A model generated the notes under the pieces. The model was not told the origin of the DNA and ran no database searches. It was given only the letters and a program-made list of their open reading frames with translations. Both the position numbers and the translations under genes were made by a program. A stretch of DNA of 24,101 nucleotides, from contig JAYEMF010000013.1 in the NCBI GenBank assembly GCA_034717975.1, forward strand, positions 1-24,101. The letters are read 5' to 3'. This document shows positions 1-8,585 of this stretch, one piece after another. Source of the stretch: Campylobacterota bacterium. GTDB taxonomy: Bacteria > Campylobacterota > Campylobacteria > Campylobacterales > Sulfurimonadaceae. Within the stretch, counting starts at the first letter, position 1. Every line of letters begins with the position of its first letter.

Positions 1-66
1 CTCTTTTTTAAGCATATTCTTGAGCTCTTTTTTTACGAACTTGTTCAGCTTTTTCTTGTCAATCAT
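1..66 (-). CDS. 5' part of a CDS running off the left edge (MIDKKKLNKFVKKELKNMLKKE...), product unknown
   Basis: Minus-strand ATG at 66 preceded by AAGGA RBS; open for 22 codons to the window edge; same strand as, and downstream of, the Mut7-C gene. Confidence 0.6.
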   Translation of the reverse strand, partial: MIDKKKLNKFVKKELKNMLKKE

Positions 67-119
67 AACTGATCCTTTTTTTTGAGGTTAACCTATGATA
101 GATCAAATGAACTTATCAG

Positions 120-587
120 TTAATTAAAGAGGGAGTCTATAAACTGTTTCATCCGTTTATAGTGGTCACCATGCCAGTAGATACGCTCACATGTGGGGCA
201 TATCTCGAAATAGCTGAAGTAGTGAGCGATTTTTCTAGGTATACGCTCGATAACTTTATCTTTTTCTATCGGCTGTAACGGGGTGTTGCAGACGATACAA
301 CGGCTGAAATGCTCATCGCTGGCGTACAGATCGAATTGTCGGATGATCTCTTGTAGCTGCTCTTTTGTTTTTGTAGCCTTGATAAGAAGACAGGGTGCTT
401 TTTTTCTTTCAGAGAGTTCTCTGTCACGGGTCAGGATGATGCGATGTTGCGCATTGGCCAGATCGATGAGCTCATCATCTTCTATATGGGTGAAGTAGAG
501 GGTGTTATAACCCATCATACGTAGATATTTGGCGACTTTTCCCAGGTGGCAGTCGGCAATAAAGGAGGGGGATTCACTACGTTTCAT
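120..587 (-). CDS. Mut7-C RNase domain protein (PIN-like, DUF82) with C-terminal zinc ribbon
   Basis: FIADCHLGKVAKYLRMMGY, ILTRDREL, RCIVCN and CPTCERIYWHGDHY match Mut7-C family motifs. Confidence 0.88.
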   Translation of the reverse strand: MKRSESPSFIADCHLGKVAKYLRMMGYNTLYFTHIEDDELIDLANAQHRIILTRDRELSERKKAPCLLIKATKTKEQLQEIIRQFDLYASDEHFSRCIVCNTPLQPIEKDKVIERIPRKIAHYFSYFEICPTCERIYWHGDHYKRMKQFIDSLFN

Positions 588-729
588 CGTTTTGGCCTTT
601 AGAGGTACCCTCTAGTAATTTTAACGGCTTTGAACTTTGATTATGTCGAAATAGCTGTATTTGAAGGTAATAAATCGTTATAGGTGCTATAATATTTGTA
701 TCTATACCTTACACCCAAAGAGGTCAGAT

Positions 730-1272
730 ATGAAAAATATACTAATAGAACTTGCGAGCAGGTCGATTCGTGACGAACTTGAAAACAGTGTTACTGTCAA
801 TAAGCATTCTCTTCTGCATGAACATCCGGAATTCAATGAAAACAGAGCTACTTTTGTAACCCTCAATCTGAATGGTCAGCTTCGAGGCTGTATAGGTTCG
901 CTTCTTCCGCATAGAAATCTGATCGACGATATTGTGCAAAATGCAAAAGCGGCCGCTTTTCAGGATCCGAGGTTTTTACCGTTAAGCAAAGAAGAGTTTG
1001 AAGAGGTTGAGATAGAGCTCTCGCTTCTGAGTGTTCCCAAACCTCTCGAATACAGCTCCATTGACGATCTGAAATCGAAGGTCAGCATTGGGAAAGATGG
1101 CGTAATTTTACGTCTTGACGGCTATCAGGCCACTTTTCTGCCACAGGTCTGGGAGCAGCTGCCGACGTTTGAGCTTTTTTTCAACCATCTCTGCCAAAAA
1201 GCGGGCCTGAGCGGGGGCTGTCTTGCGGAGCATCCTGAGATCAGTCTCTATCAAGTCGAAAAGATCACATAA
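730..1272 (+). CDS. amrA: AmmeMemoRadiSam system protein A (AMMECR1 family)
   Basis: ATFVTL...LRGCIGS, AAFQDPRF, ATFLPQVWEQL and LCQKAG motifs; ATG at 730 follows AAGAGG RBS, so it is preferred over the TTG at 661. Confidence 0.93.
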   Translation: MKNILIELASRSIRDELENSVTVNKHSLLHEHPEFNENRATFVTLNLNGQLRGCIGSLLPHRNLIDDIVQNAKAAAFQDPRFLPLSKEEFEEVEIELSLLSVPKPLEYSSIDDLKSKVSIGKDGVILRLDGYQATFLPQVWEQLPTFELFFNHLCQKAGLSGGCLAEHPEISLYQVEKIT

Positions 1273-1285
1273 CAAGGAGCCTCTT

Positions 1286-2095
1286 ATGAACATCAGACAC
1301 AGCGCCGTTGCCGGCACGTTTTACCCTGACAGTTGCGATGAGATAAACAGATATATCAACCGCTTCAATGAGGTGCTCGATGATGCAGCGTTCGACCCGG
1401 AATCGGAACTCTTTCCCCGGGCGATCATCTCACCGCATGCCGGATACATATACAGCGGTTTTACAGCCAATATGGCATTCCGTACAGCTGCGTTTAACAA
1501 CCCGAAAGTAAAAAGGGTTATCGTGATCGGTCCGAGCCACAGGGCCTATATCGATGGGGCGTCGATTGCGCTTTATGACGCTTATCAGACACCGTGCGCA
1601 GAGCTGAAAATAGATCTGGAGCTAAGCAGGAGAGTTGAAGCAGCATATGGTTTTCTGCATTTTTCACCCGACGCCCACAGTGAACACTCTACGGAAGTTC
1701 AGATGCCGTTTATCCAGCACTATTTTCCTCATGCCGAGGTGATCGAGATAGTATACGGGCAGATGGATTTTATGAAGATATCAGATCTGATAGATGACCT
1801 TTTAAGAGATGAAGATAATTTCATTGTCATCAGTACGGATCTCAGCCATTTTTATACAAAGAGTGAAGCAAAAACGTTAGACACAATCTGCTTGAGTGCA
1901 ATACAAAATCTCGATCTGCAGCAGTTTGACAAAGGTTGTGAAGCCTGCGGCATGATAGGGGTAAAAGCGATGATAAACTCTGCTATCACTCAGAACCTCA
2001 GAAGCAGTCTGCTGGATTATCGGACGAGTGCCGATACGACCGGTGATGAAAGCAATGTGGTAGGCTACACTTCCGCGCTTTTGGGAACCAGTTAA
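1286..2095 (+). CDS. amrB: AmmeMemoRadiSam system protein B (MEMO1 family, dioxygenase-like fold)
   Basis: RHSAVAGTFYP, PHAGYIYSG, GPSH, EHSTEVQMPF, STDLSH, ACG and VVGY motifs; AAGGAG RBS before ATG 1286. Confidence 0.93.
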   Translation: MNIRHSAVAGTFYPDSCDEINRYINRFNEVLDDAAFDPESELFPRAIISPHAGYIYSGFTANMAFRTAAFNNPKVKRVIVIGPSHRAYIDGASIALYDAYQTPCAELKIDLELSRRVEAAYGFLHFSPDAHSEHSTEVQMPFIQHYFPHAEVIEIVYGQMDFMKISDLIDDLLRDEDNFIVISTDLSHFYTKSEAKTLDTICLSAIQNLDLQQFDKGCEACGMIGVKAMINSAITQNLRSSLLDYRTSADTTGDESNVVGYTSALLGTS

Positions 2096-2110
2096 ACAAA
2101 AGTGCGAGTC

Positions 2111-2770
2111 ATGAGTTTGAAAAAACAGCTTTTCTGGCTGCTGGTATGGGGTATGGCATTTGCCTATATCGAAGCTTCGGTGGTTGTCTACCTGCGAAAG
2201 ATCTACTATCCGGAAGGGTTTGCTTTCCCTGTTGTTATCGCCGAAACCCATATAGCGATTACCGAGCTGTTCAGAGAGCTGATGACACTGATTATCATGT
2301 GGGCGACGGTTAATCTCTCCTATGGAAAGCTGCAAAGCAAGCTGGCAGCTTTTCTGGTGATCTTTGGAATCTGGGATATTTTTTACTATCTTTTCCTGAA
2401 AGTTCTTCTTGACTGGCCTGAAAGCCTGGTGACCTGGGATATTCTCTTTTTGATACCTTCGCCATGGGCGGGTCCCGTATGGGCACCCGTTCTGGTGTCG
2501 TTGGGAATTATCTATGCCGGTGTCGCTATTTTGATGCATAATGCAGAGGGCCGTTTTTTCTATTTTGGCAAAAAATTCATAGTGATAGAGCTGATTTCGG
2601 CTTTACTCATTATCTTATCATTTCTGATTCCCGGGTACTCGGTCATCACGCAAACTGTCCCAACCCATTTTCCATGGTATCTGTTTTGCTCAGGATTCAT
2701 TATGGGGCTTGTCACGTTGCTTTATCAATTACGAACAGGGAAGTACGACAATACGATAGAGATACCCTAA
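2111..2770 (+). CDS. Conserved hypothetical integral membrane protein
   Basis: About six hydrophobic segments; EASVVVYLR, FGIWDIFYY and WDILFLIPSPWAGPVWAP look like conserved blocks; 15 bp after amrB; alternative GTG start at 2102. Confidence 0.75.
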   Translation: MSLKKQLFWLLVWGMAFAYIEASVVVYLRKIYYPEGFAFPVVIAETHIAITELFRELMTLIIMWATVNLSYGKLQSKLAAFLVIFGIWDIFYYLFLKVLLDWPESLVTWDILFLIPSPWAGPVWAPVLVSLGIIYAGVAILMHNAEGRFFYFGKKFIVIELISALLIILSFLIPGYSVITQTVPTHFPWYLFCSGFIMGLVTLLYQLRTGKYDNTIEIP

Positions 2771-2785
2771 AAGGAGAGGACGGTT

Positions 2786-4387
2786 TTGTTTTTCGATAAT
2801 ATTGAAGTGATACTGCAGGCGGTCGGAGGGCTTGGCCTGTTTTTATTTGGTATTGCCGTCATGACAGACGGGTTGCGAGCACTTGGCGGTGACACGATGC
2901 GTTCGGCACTGATGCGTTTTACCCGCAGTCCGCTCAGCGGTGCTATTACAGGGGCTGTCACAACGGCTATGCTGCGCTCTTCAAGTGCGACGACGGTCGC
3001 GGCGGTTGGTTTTGTAGGTGCGGGTCTGCTGACGTTTCCGCAATCGCTGGGGATTATCTTCGGTGCGAACATCGGTACGACCATTACCGGCTGGATCGTC
3101 GCACTGCTTGGCTTCAAACTGAAACTGGGCTCCGTGATGCTCCCGTTTGTCCTCATCGGTGCCATTATGCGGCTTTTCGGAAAGGGGCGTCTTGCTCATA
3201 CGGGGTATGCCATTGCCGGGTTTGCACTGGTGTTTGTGGGCATTTCGTTTATGCAGCAGGGGATGAGCGGATTCCAGGGGATAATCACCCCTGATCTTCT
3301 GCCTCCCGATACCTTTACGGGACGTTTGAAACTGGTGGCACTGGGGATCGCCTTTACACTGGTCGCCCAGTCCTCCAGTGCCGGGGTGGCAACGGCACTG
3401 ACCGCACTTTACGGAGGCGCCATAAATTTTGAACAGGCGGCTGCCCTGGTGATCGGTATGGATGTCGGTACGACGGTTACAGCGGCCTTGGCGACGATCG
3501 GCGGTTCGGTCAATGCACGCCGTACCGGTTTCTCGCACGTGATCTACAACATTTTTACCGGGATACTGGCGATCATACTGATTACTCCCTATATAATGGC
3601 AGTAGAGATGATCGCTCCGGGACAGCTTACAGCCAATGCAGAGATCTCGCTTGTCGCTTTTCATACTACCTTTAATCTGCTTGGTGTGATGATCGTCCTG
3701 CCGTTCACCCACGCTTTCGCCCGTCTGATAATCAAGTTGATCCCAGAGAAAATGCCGCTGTATACACGTACGCTGGATGAGATCTTACTGAAAGAACCCG
3801 GTATGGCTCTGACCGCCGTACAAAACAGTATCTATGCCATTATGCTGGCTCTGCTGGCACACATCAGCGTCATACTCGGTGATACAAAAAGAGGCCGGCG
3901 TGCCAACCTCCCGGAGCTGCAGGAAGCGCTTGACCGAACCCATGCCTATATTGACAAGATCCATCTGAGTGCGGAGTCCGGTGCGAAGTGGGAACGTCTT
4001 GTAGCTATGATCCACACCCTCGACCATATGCAGCGGCTGCATGAACGCTGCGAAGAGGAGGAGGATCGTGCCATCACGGTCAGAGAGAGTAAAAAGTTCA
4101 GCGTACAGCGAAAACTGATGACGACATCTATCAATAAGCTGATCGAAGATTTGGAATCCAGAAAATGGCACAAATCTGCAAAGCATGCACTGAAAACAAA
4201 AGCGACACTTTATAAACAGATAAAACCGTATCGTGAAGTGATCATGGCCCAGATCGCCCGCGGTGAGATAGATGTTCCCAAGGGTACGGACTATCTGGAA
4301 GGTATCCGCTGGTTAAAGCGCGTAAACTGGCATATGAGCCGTATAACCCAGCACTATGAAGATGCTTTGCTCGCTGCAGGCAAGTAA
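2786..4387 (+). CDS. Na/Pi cotransporter family protein (NptA/YjbB-like) with C-terminal helical (PhoU-like) region
   Basis: GGLGLFLFG, repeated (R/Q)SSSA signatures, GANIGTT and GMDVGTT repeats; AAGGAGAGG RBS before TTG. Confidence 0.9.
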   Translation: MFFDNIEVILQAVGGLGLFLFGIAVMTDGLRALGGDTMRSALMRFTRSPLSGAITGAVTTAMLRSSSATTVAAVGFVGAGLLTFPQSLGIIFGANIGTTITGWIVALLGFKLKLGSVMLPFVLIGAIMRLFGKGRLAHTGYAIAGFALVFVGISFMQQGMSGFQGIITPDLLPPDTFTGRLKLVALGIAFTLVAQSSSAGVATALTALYGGAINFEQAAALVIGMDVGTTVTAALATIGGSVNARRTGFSHVIYNIFTGILAIILITPYIMAVEMIAPGQLTANAEISLVAFHTTFNLLGVMIVLPFTHAFARLIIKLIPEKMPLYTRTLDEILLKEPGMALTAVQNSIYAIMLALLAHISVILGDTKRGRRANLPELQEALDRTHAYIDKIHLSAESGAKWERLVAMIHTLDHMQRLHERCEEEEDRAITVRESKKFSVQRKLMTTSINKLIEDLESRKWHKSAKHALKTKATLYKQIKPYREVIMAQIARGEIDVPKGTDYLEGIRWLKRVNWHMSRITQHYEDALLAAGK

Positions 4388-4398
4388 GGAGATCACAG

Positions 4399-4479
4399 GA
4401 TGAAAATATCATTACGGCCCAGGGTCCAAAGTCGCTGCCTGAGATGATGAAGGCATTTCTGGTACTCTTGGAAAAGTAG
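4399..4479 (+). pseudogene. Remnant C-terminus of a PfpI/DJ-1 (type 1 glutamine amidotransferase-like) gene
   Basis: Frame reads DENIITAQGPKSLPEMMKAFLVLLEK*, resembling the D-G-N-I-I-T-x-x-G-P-x-D-L-P-x-F C-terminus of PfpI proteins; no in-frame start upstream, but an orphan RBS and out-of-frame ATG are present. Confidence 0.55.
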
Positions 4480-4485
4480 TCTCTG

Positions 4486-4833
4486 CTACTTTTCAGCTTG
4501 TATTGCACCTTCAAGGCAGTATCGTGTATGCGGCTCGGCGCGCAACCGTTCAACGGGAATCATATCACCGTCATCTTCGCAGATACCGTAGGTTCCGTTT
4601 TTGATCTTCGATAAGGCATGGATGACTTCATCCAGTTCATACTGCTGCTGTTTCAGCAGTGCTGTATGGTGCATACTGTCACTTTGCAGCGATGCCAGAT
4701 CCTGTAAGTCGTTAATCTCATCTTCGGAGACAATAGAGTTCATCTCCTCCCTTAAACGGGCGATATTAGACTCCAGACCCTCTTTCATCTTTTGCAACTG
4801 TAGTTCAAATTCCTGATAATCTATAGTTTCCAT
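4486..4833 (-). CDS. dksA: DksA/TraR family RNA polymerase-binding protein (2-Cys variant)
   Basis: Coiled coil with DLQDLA (DxxDxA), ALSKIKNGTYGICE and IPVERLRAEPHTRYC; AAGGAG RBS before ATG 4833 (the ORF-track extension to 5016 overlaps the upstream gene). Confidence 0.85.
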   Translation of the reverse strand: METIDYQEFELQLQKMKEGLESNIARLREEMNSIVSEDEINDLQDLASLQSDSMHHTALLKQQQYELDEVIHALSKIKNGTYGICEDDGDMIPVERLRAEPHTRYCLEGAIQAEK

Positions 4834-4844
4834 CTCGTCTCCTT

Positions 4845-5090
4845 TTATTCTGGTAACGCTTCTTTGACTGTTGCCCAACTGCCTAGATCGGACGGAACGT
4901 TCTGAAGCTCGTTCTTGAACCTGTCCCATTCGGTATAGTCGGTATTGAACTCTGCGACATCCCGGGCTGCAGACTCGGCGCTTTCGTAAGAGCCAAGCAG
5001 CTCCTCTTCTACCCAAAGTTCATATCTTTCATGCCCGATCTGCTTTATTTCAAATGTACCGATATCCGAGTTGTAGGTATAAATATGCAT
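4845..5090 (-). CDS. Small acidic hypothetical protein, 81 aa (copy A)
   Basis: AGGAG RBS and TGATAGAAT extended -10 upstream; paralog at 8340..8585 is the same length with mostly conservative changes. Confidence 0.8.
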   Translation of the reverse strand: MHIYTYNSDIGTFEIKQIGHERYELWVEEELLGSYESAESAARDVAEFNTDYTEWDRFKNELQNVPSDLGSWATVKEALPE

Positions 5091-5116
5091 TTCACATCTC
5101 CTGTGTTAGTACCCTT

Positions 5117-5154
5117 ATTCTATCACATTGCGGGTAATAGCAAATCTAAAGAGG
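5117..5154 (-). promoter_or_regulatory. Probable sigma70 promoter of 81-aa gene copy A and dksA, with a TTGC-N8-GCAA dyad
   Basis: Minus strand reads TTTGCTATTACCCGCAATGTGATAGAAT (TGn-TAGAAT extended -10); conserved in the second copy. Confidence 0.55.
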
Positions 5155-5179
5155 AGAGGAGATTTGTCATCTCTTCCCT
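5154..5179 (-). terminator. Possible intrinsic terminator after the lpoB-like gene
   Basis: Minus strand GGGAAGAGAT-GACAA-ATCTCCTCTC imperfect hairpin followed by CTCTTT, about 20 bp after the stop. Confidence 0.35.
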
Positions 5180-5196
5180 GTATATATGATCCGGGT

Positions 5197-5811
5197 TTAC
5201 CAGGAGACAGATTTCCCGCTGCCGCGTTTGCCGATGATGGTCTCGCCTTCCCACCAGGCCAACCCGGTCCTGACCTCGGTGAGCGAAAGCATAAAGTAGT
5301 ACTCTACCTGCTGTTTCCCATCGTCCATCTTGATATTGCGCTGCAGAATCTTTCCTGAAAGGCTCATATCCGGAGCAATCATCTGGCCCTCTTTCTGAAC
5401 CGTTCGCTGATTAAACTCGGCATCATCACGAAGCTTTCTGGCCTCTTTGCTCATCTTGTCTTCCGCACCGCTGATGCCGACGGCGGTCGTCACGACAACC
5501 TTTCCGCTGCGCAGCAGTTCTATCCTGATCTTTTTGATCAACTGATCGGTATCGATATGCTGCATCGTATCATTGGTAATACGTGAGATAGCCAGGACAT
5601 AACGGTCTCCGCTCTTTTTGTTCAGGGCCCCTGATTTGAGCATTGACTGGACAGCTTCCCCTGCAGCCTGGTTGAAGTCACGATAATCCAGACCCATCAC
5701 CTGATCGCCTGTATCGTGATGAATATCTATTTTTTCAGTTTTGTCTGCACATCCGGTCATCAGTATGGCAGCCATGGTAAATATAGCCGTAGCAAGCTGA
5801 AGTTTGTTCAC
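5197..5811 (-). CDS. lpoB: Penicillin-binding protein activator LpoB family lipoprotein
   Basis: Lipobox LMTGC; ITNDTMQHIDTDQLIKKIRIELLRSGK and EYYFMLSLTEVRTGLAWW resemble the LpoB/CsgG-like family; last gene of a lipoprotein operon. Confidence 0.8.
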   Translation of the reverse strand: MNKLQLATAIFTMAAILMTGCADKTEKIDIHHDTGDQVMGLDYRDFNQAAGEAVQSMLKSGALNKKSGDRYVLAISRITNDTMQHIDTDQLIKKIRIELLRSGKVVVTTAVGISGAEDKMSKEARKLRDDAEFNQRTVQKEGQMIAPDMSLSGKILQRNIKMDDGKQQVEYYFMLSLTEVRTGLAWWEGETIIGKRGSGKSVSW

Positions 5812-5812
5812 G

Positions 5813-6175
5813 TTAATCTCCTTGTCTGTTTATAAAAAGCTGGTAATCGTGAGCTTCCCTGTTCGGAGCGATGATATTTATAATGAAATCGGCATTTTTA
5901 TGTACCGGAAAATCTGTCCAGTTGGATGAGATTGAGGGGATTTCAAAACCATCCTGATCCTGCCAGACTACCCGATAGCGCAGAAGTATATAGTCGTCGG
6001 TATCGTTTTCACCCGTTATCTGAATCTCTTTGAGACCATCTTCACGCACCCTCTCTTTGACATCTTCAATATCGATATCGTCTTTGACTGAATCGTCGAC
6101 AATCTTAACATAGGACTTTTCTGCACATCCGCCAAATATAAGCACCAAGGCAACCAGTAAACTATAAATCTTCAT
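5813..6175 (-). CDS. YcfL/DUF1425 family lipoprotein
   Basis: Lipobox FGGC; YRVVWQDQDGFEI and IAPNREA motifs; directly upstream of lpoB, as in the known ycfL-lpoB linkage. Confidence 0.75.
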   Translation of the reverse strand: MKIYSLLVALVLIFGGCAEKSYVKIVDDSVKDDIDIEDVKERVREDGLKEIQITGENDTDDYILLRYRVVWQDQDGFEIPSISSNWTDFPVHKNADFIINIIAPNREAHDYQLFINRQGD

Positions 6176-6177
6176 CT

Positions 6178-7611
6178 TTATCTCCTTCCAAATGGTATGA
6201 CCGATACAGACGGGACCGCACTAGGTGTAGCTATTTTAACATAAACAAGCAGATGCTCCCTCTTGGGAAGTTCGATCTGGGACAGAACTTTGCCCTGCGG
6301 AGTTGTGATCCGGACTTTTCCATCATTCGGACGGGCAAAGCGGGTGAGCTGAAACTCTTTGGGAAGCGTACTCCAGATACGGGTATCTGCCTGTGTCGTT
6401 GCAACCTGATAGATCGTGGCAAGCAGGCCGAGCAGTGCAGCAGTATTGTTGTTATGACCCTGTTCTTGCAATGTATACTGAATCGTCGTCTTGGTCACCA
6501 TAGAAAATATCGCCCGTCGGAGGATACTCTCATACTGCTTTTTAAATTCAGTCTTGATGACCCGGTCCATACTGCATAGGTGTCCGGTTGTAATGTGTTC
6601 ATCGCCATTGATGACGATATCGAGGGCATCAAATGCTTTTTCACGTTCAGTTAACCGAGGCAGTGCTACTGAAATATAGTTAAGATGGCTGGAGACAATA
6701 AAAACCGGCAGATCAATCCGCCACTCCTCGAGAAGCGGGGCCTGTCCATTCTCGAAGATGACCCAGACCATTGGCTCCATCTCCTTCTGCCCGCTATCGA
6801 GGAGTGACAGGATGCTCTGAAAATCAGCCTCTACGTCAGCATTGTCGCTCATCATGCCGTAAGCCTCTTTCAGCAGTGTTTCCGCTTTACCGTAATTATC
6901 GTCTGCCATCGCGAAGATACCAGCAAGATAGGTTGTCATCGGATTGATAAAATCGGGATAGGGTTCAAACGCATAGAGCGAAGGGTAGCTCTGCTGCAGA
7001 CGTGTTTTTATAGCCGGATTGTTCATTGTTTTGGAGAGATGGAGTTCCTCACCGCCGGAACGCTCTTCCTCCTCTTTTTTTTGTATTGCCTGACGCTCTT
7101 TTTCGATCATCTGCGCAAAAAACTCTTTGGCACGACGCTGCCGATCGATGGCGCGGTTAAATTCGACGCGGGCAGCGTCCATATCTCCGAGAGACATATA
7201 GTCGATTGCTTTGTAGGTATTGACCATTATGCCGTCATACTCTGCGCCGATATAGGGACGGGTCGTGTCATTAAGAAGTGTAGAGCGTAATGTCTGGGAG
7301 ATATCACTGGCCAGGATCTGTTCACGGTAATGTTTCATCAGCGCTTCACTCTCATCAAACGCCTGAATACTTTCACTGTTCTCTTGAACAAACAGCAGTG
7401 CCGAACCGCTTTGGAGATACCACAGGAGGTTGTCTATATCGTAACGATCCTCCCCGTCTATGTTTGAGCGGGCATACTCCGCAGCTTCGCGATACTCCCC
7501 TGCAGCCATCAGAGCATCTTCTTTCAACATCTCCTGTCTGGGGGCACAACCGCTGAAAAAGAGAGTGAAGAGCATAGCAGTTGAAAAGAAGAAACAATAT
7601 TTTCGGTTCAC
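6178..7611 (-). CDS. COG3014-like lipoprotein with TPR-like helices
   Basis: Lipobox FSGC; DAARVEFNRA, VIFENGQAP and ADTRIWSTLP motifs; GTG start after AGGAGAG RBS. Confidence 0.75.
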   Translation of the reverse strand: MNRKYCFFFSTAMLFTLFFSGCAPRQEMLKEDALMAAGEYREAAEYARSNIDGEDRYDIDNLLWYLQSGSALLFVQENSESIQAFDESEALMKHYREQILASDISQTLRSTLLNDTTRPYIGAEYDGIMVNTYKAIDYMSLGDMDAARVEFNRAIDRQRRAKEFFAQMIEKERQAIQKKEEEERSGGEELHLSKTMNNPAIKTRLQQSYPSLYAFEPYPDFINPMTTYLAGIFAMADDNYGKAETLLKEAYGMMSDNADVEADFQSILSLLDSGQKEMEPMVWVIFENGQAPLLEEWRIDLPVFIVSSHLNYISVALPRLTEREKAFDALDIVINGDEHITTGHLCSMDRVIKTEFKKQYESILRRAIFSMVTKTTIQYTLQEQGHNNNTAALLGLLATIYQVATTQADTRIWSTLPKEFQLTRFARPNDGKVRITTPQGKVLSQIELPKREHLLVYVKIATPSAVPSVSVIPFGRR

Positions 7612-7669
7612 TCTTTATCTCTCCTCTCTAGACCTCTGGTGCTTAAAATACCGGTTATTCTATCGGCTG

Positions 7670-8257
7670 CTAATCCTCGAAAAGCGTATCCAGTTTATCT
7701 TCACCGTCAGTCTCGCGGAACTTTTTCCACGTCGCAGCGTCCGTTTCATAAAGTGCCAAAAGTTCCTCTCTGATCTGCTGATCCAGCCATCTGTTCTGAA
7801 TGGCAACAAGGACAAAAAGGTCACCATTGGCAGGATTTTGCCACTCTTTTATCTGTTTATAGTCATTTTGCTCCGCCTGACTTATCTCTTTGGCTATTTT
7901 CTGACTTGAGTCGTCGGCTATCTGAGCGAGCTCCGGATCCATCATACGGGCAAACTTCCGAATCTTCTTCTCAACATAAAACTGTGCTCTTCTTTTGATC
8001 TTTGCAACACCATCGGCTGTCGCTTCTCTCAGCGTGAAACTTCTGCCGATCTTACTCTGTGCTGCCTTGCCGATCGCGATCTGCATTGCTTCATGTTCGA
8101 CATTGCCGCACACCCACTCGGGTGCACTGGCACCATCCTGTGTACATTTTAAATCCTCATCAAGATCGATCCTGTCCGCTTTAGGCCCGCTTGTACAGGC
8201 ACTGAATGCCAGAAACGACAGCATCAACAAGAGAAAGAGGAGAGCGTTTTTTATCAT
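7670..8257 (-). CDS. LPP20-like lipoprotein
   Basis: Lipobox FSAC, APEWVC, AIGKA...REATADG and GDLFVLV; alternative start at 8278. Confidence 0.65.
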   Translation of the reverse strand: MIKNALLFLLLMLSFLAFSACTSGPKADRIDLDEDLKCTQDGASAPEWVCGNVEHEAMQIAIGKAAQSKIGRSFTLREATADGVAKIKRRAQFYVEKKIRKFARMMDPELAQIADDSSQKIAKEISQAEQNDYKQIKEWQNPANGDLFVLVAIQNRWLDQQIREELLALYETDAATWKKFRETDGEDKLDTLFED

Positions 8258-8339
8258 TTTATCTACCCTTTTCGTCATAAAATTTTTACGTTGTTTTTGA
8301 TCTCATTATCGGTGACGATAGCATTCAGCCCTTCTGTTT

Positions 8340-8585
8340 CTATTCGGGTGATGCTTCTTTGAGTGTTGCCCATTTGCTTAGATCGGACGGAAAGTTGTGA
8401 AGTTCATTCTCAAATTTGTCCCATTCTATATAGTCGGTATTGAACTCTGCGACATCCTGGGCCGCAAACTCGGCACTTTCGTAAGCGCCGAGAAGCTCCT
8501 CTTCTATCCATAGTTCATACCTTTTATGCCCGGTCTGTTTTATTTCAAATGTACCGATATCCGAGTTGTAGCTATAAGTATGCAT
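8340..8585 (-). CDS. Small acidic hypothetical protein, 81 aa (copy B)
   Basis: GAGGAG RBS and TGATAAAAT extended -10; ~79% identical to 4845..5090. Confidence 0.8.
   Translation of the reverse strand: MHTYSYNSDIGTFEIKQTGHKRYELWIEEELLGAYESAEFAAQDVAEFNTDYIEWDKFENELHNFPSDLSKWATLKEASPE

Larger units (their letters stand above)
4845..5154. repeat. Direct repeat unit 1 (81-aa gene plus promoter)
   Basis: Aligns with 8340..8656; 64/81 aa identical by manual count; upstream 34-mer 5121..5154 matches 8623..8656 with one mismatch. Confidence 0.9.

Noticed and set aside
661..729. Upstream TTG start for amrA (and 1223 for amrB, 18070 for pcm)
   Set aside because: Extensions cover promoter DNA or the previous gene; downstream ATGs have an RBS or ATGA coupling
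1877..4186. Long antisense ORFs (1877..2539, 2767..3165, 2981..3712, 3785..4186)
   Set aside because: They lie opposite well-supported genes and show no recognisable motifs
4400..4447. 15-aa ORF MKISLRPRVQSRCLR as a real small protein
   Set aside because: Better explained as the out-of-frame product of the inferred PfpI deletion
4834..5016. N-terminal extension of the DksA ORF
   Set aside because: Overlaps the 81-aa gene in another frame; a good RBS precedes ATG 4833
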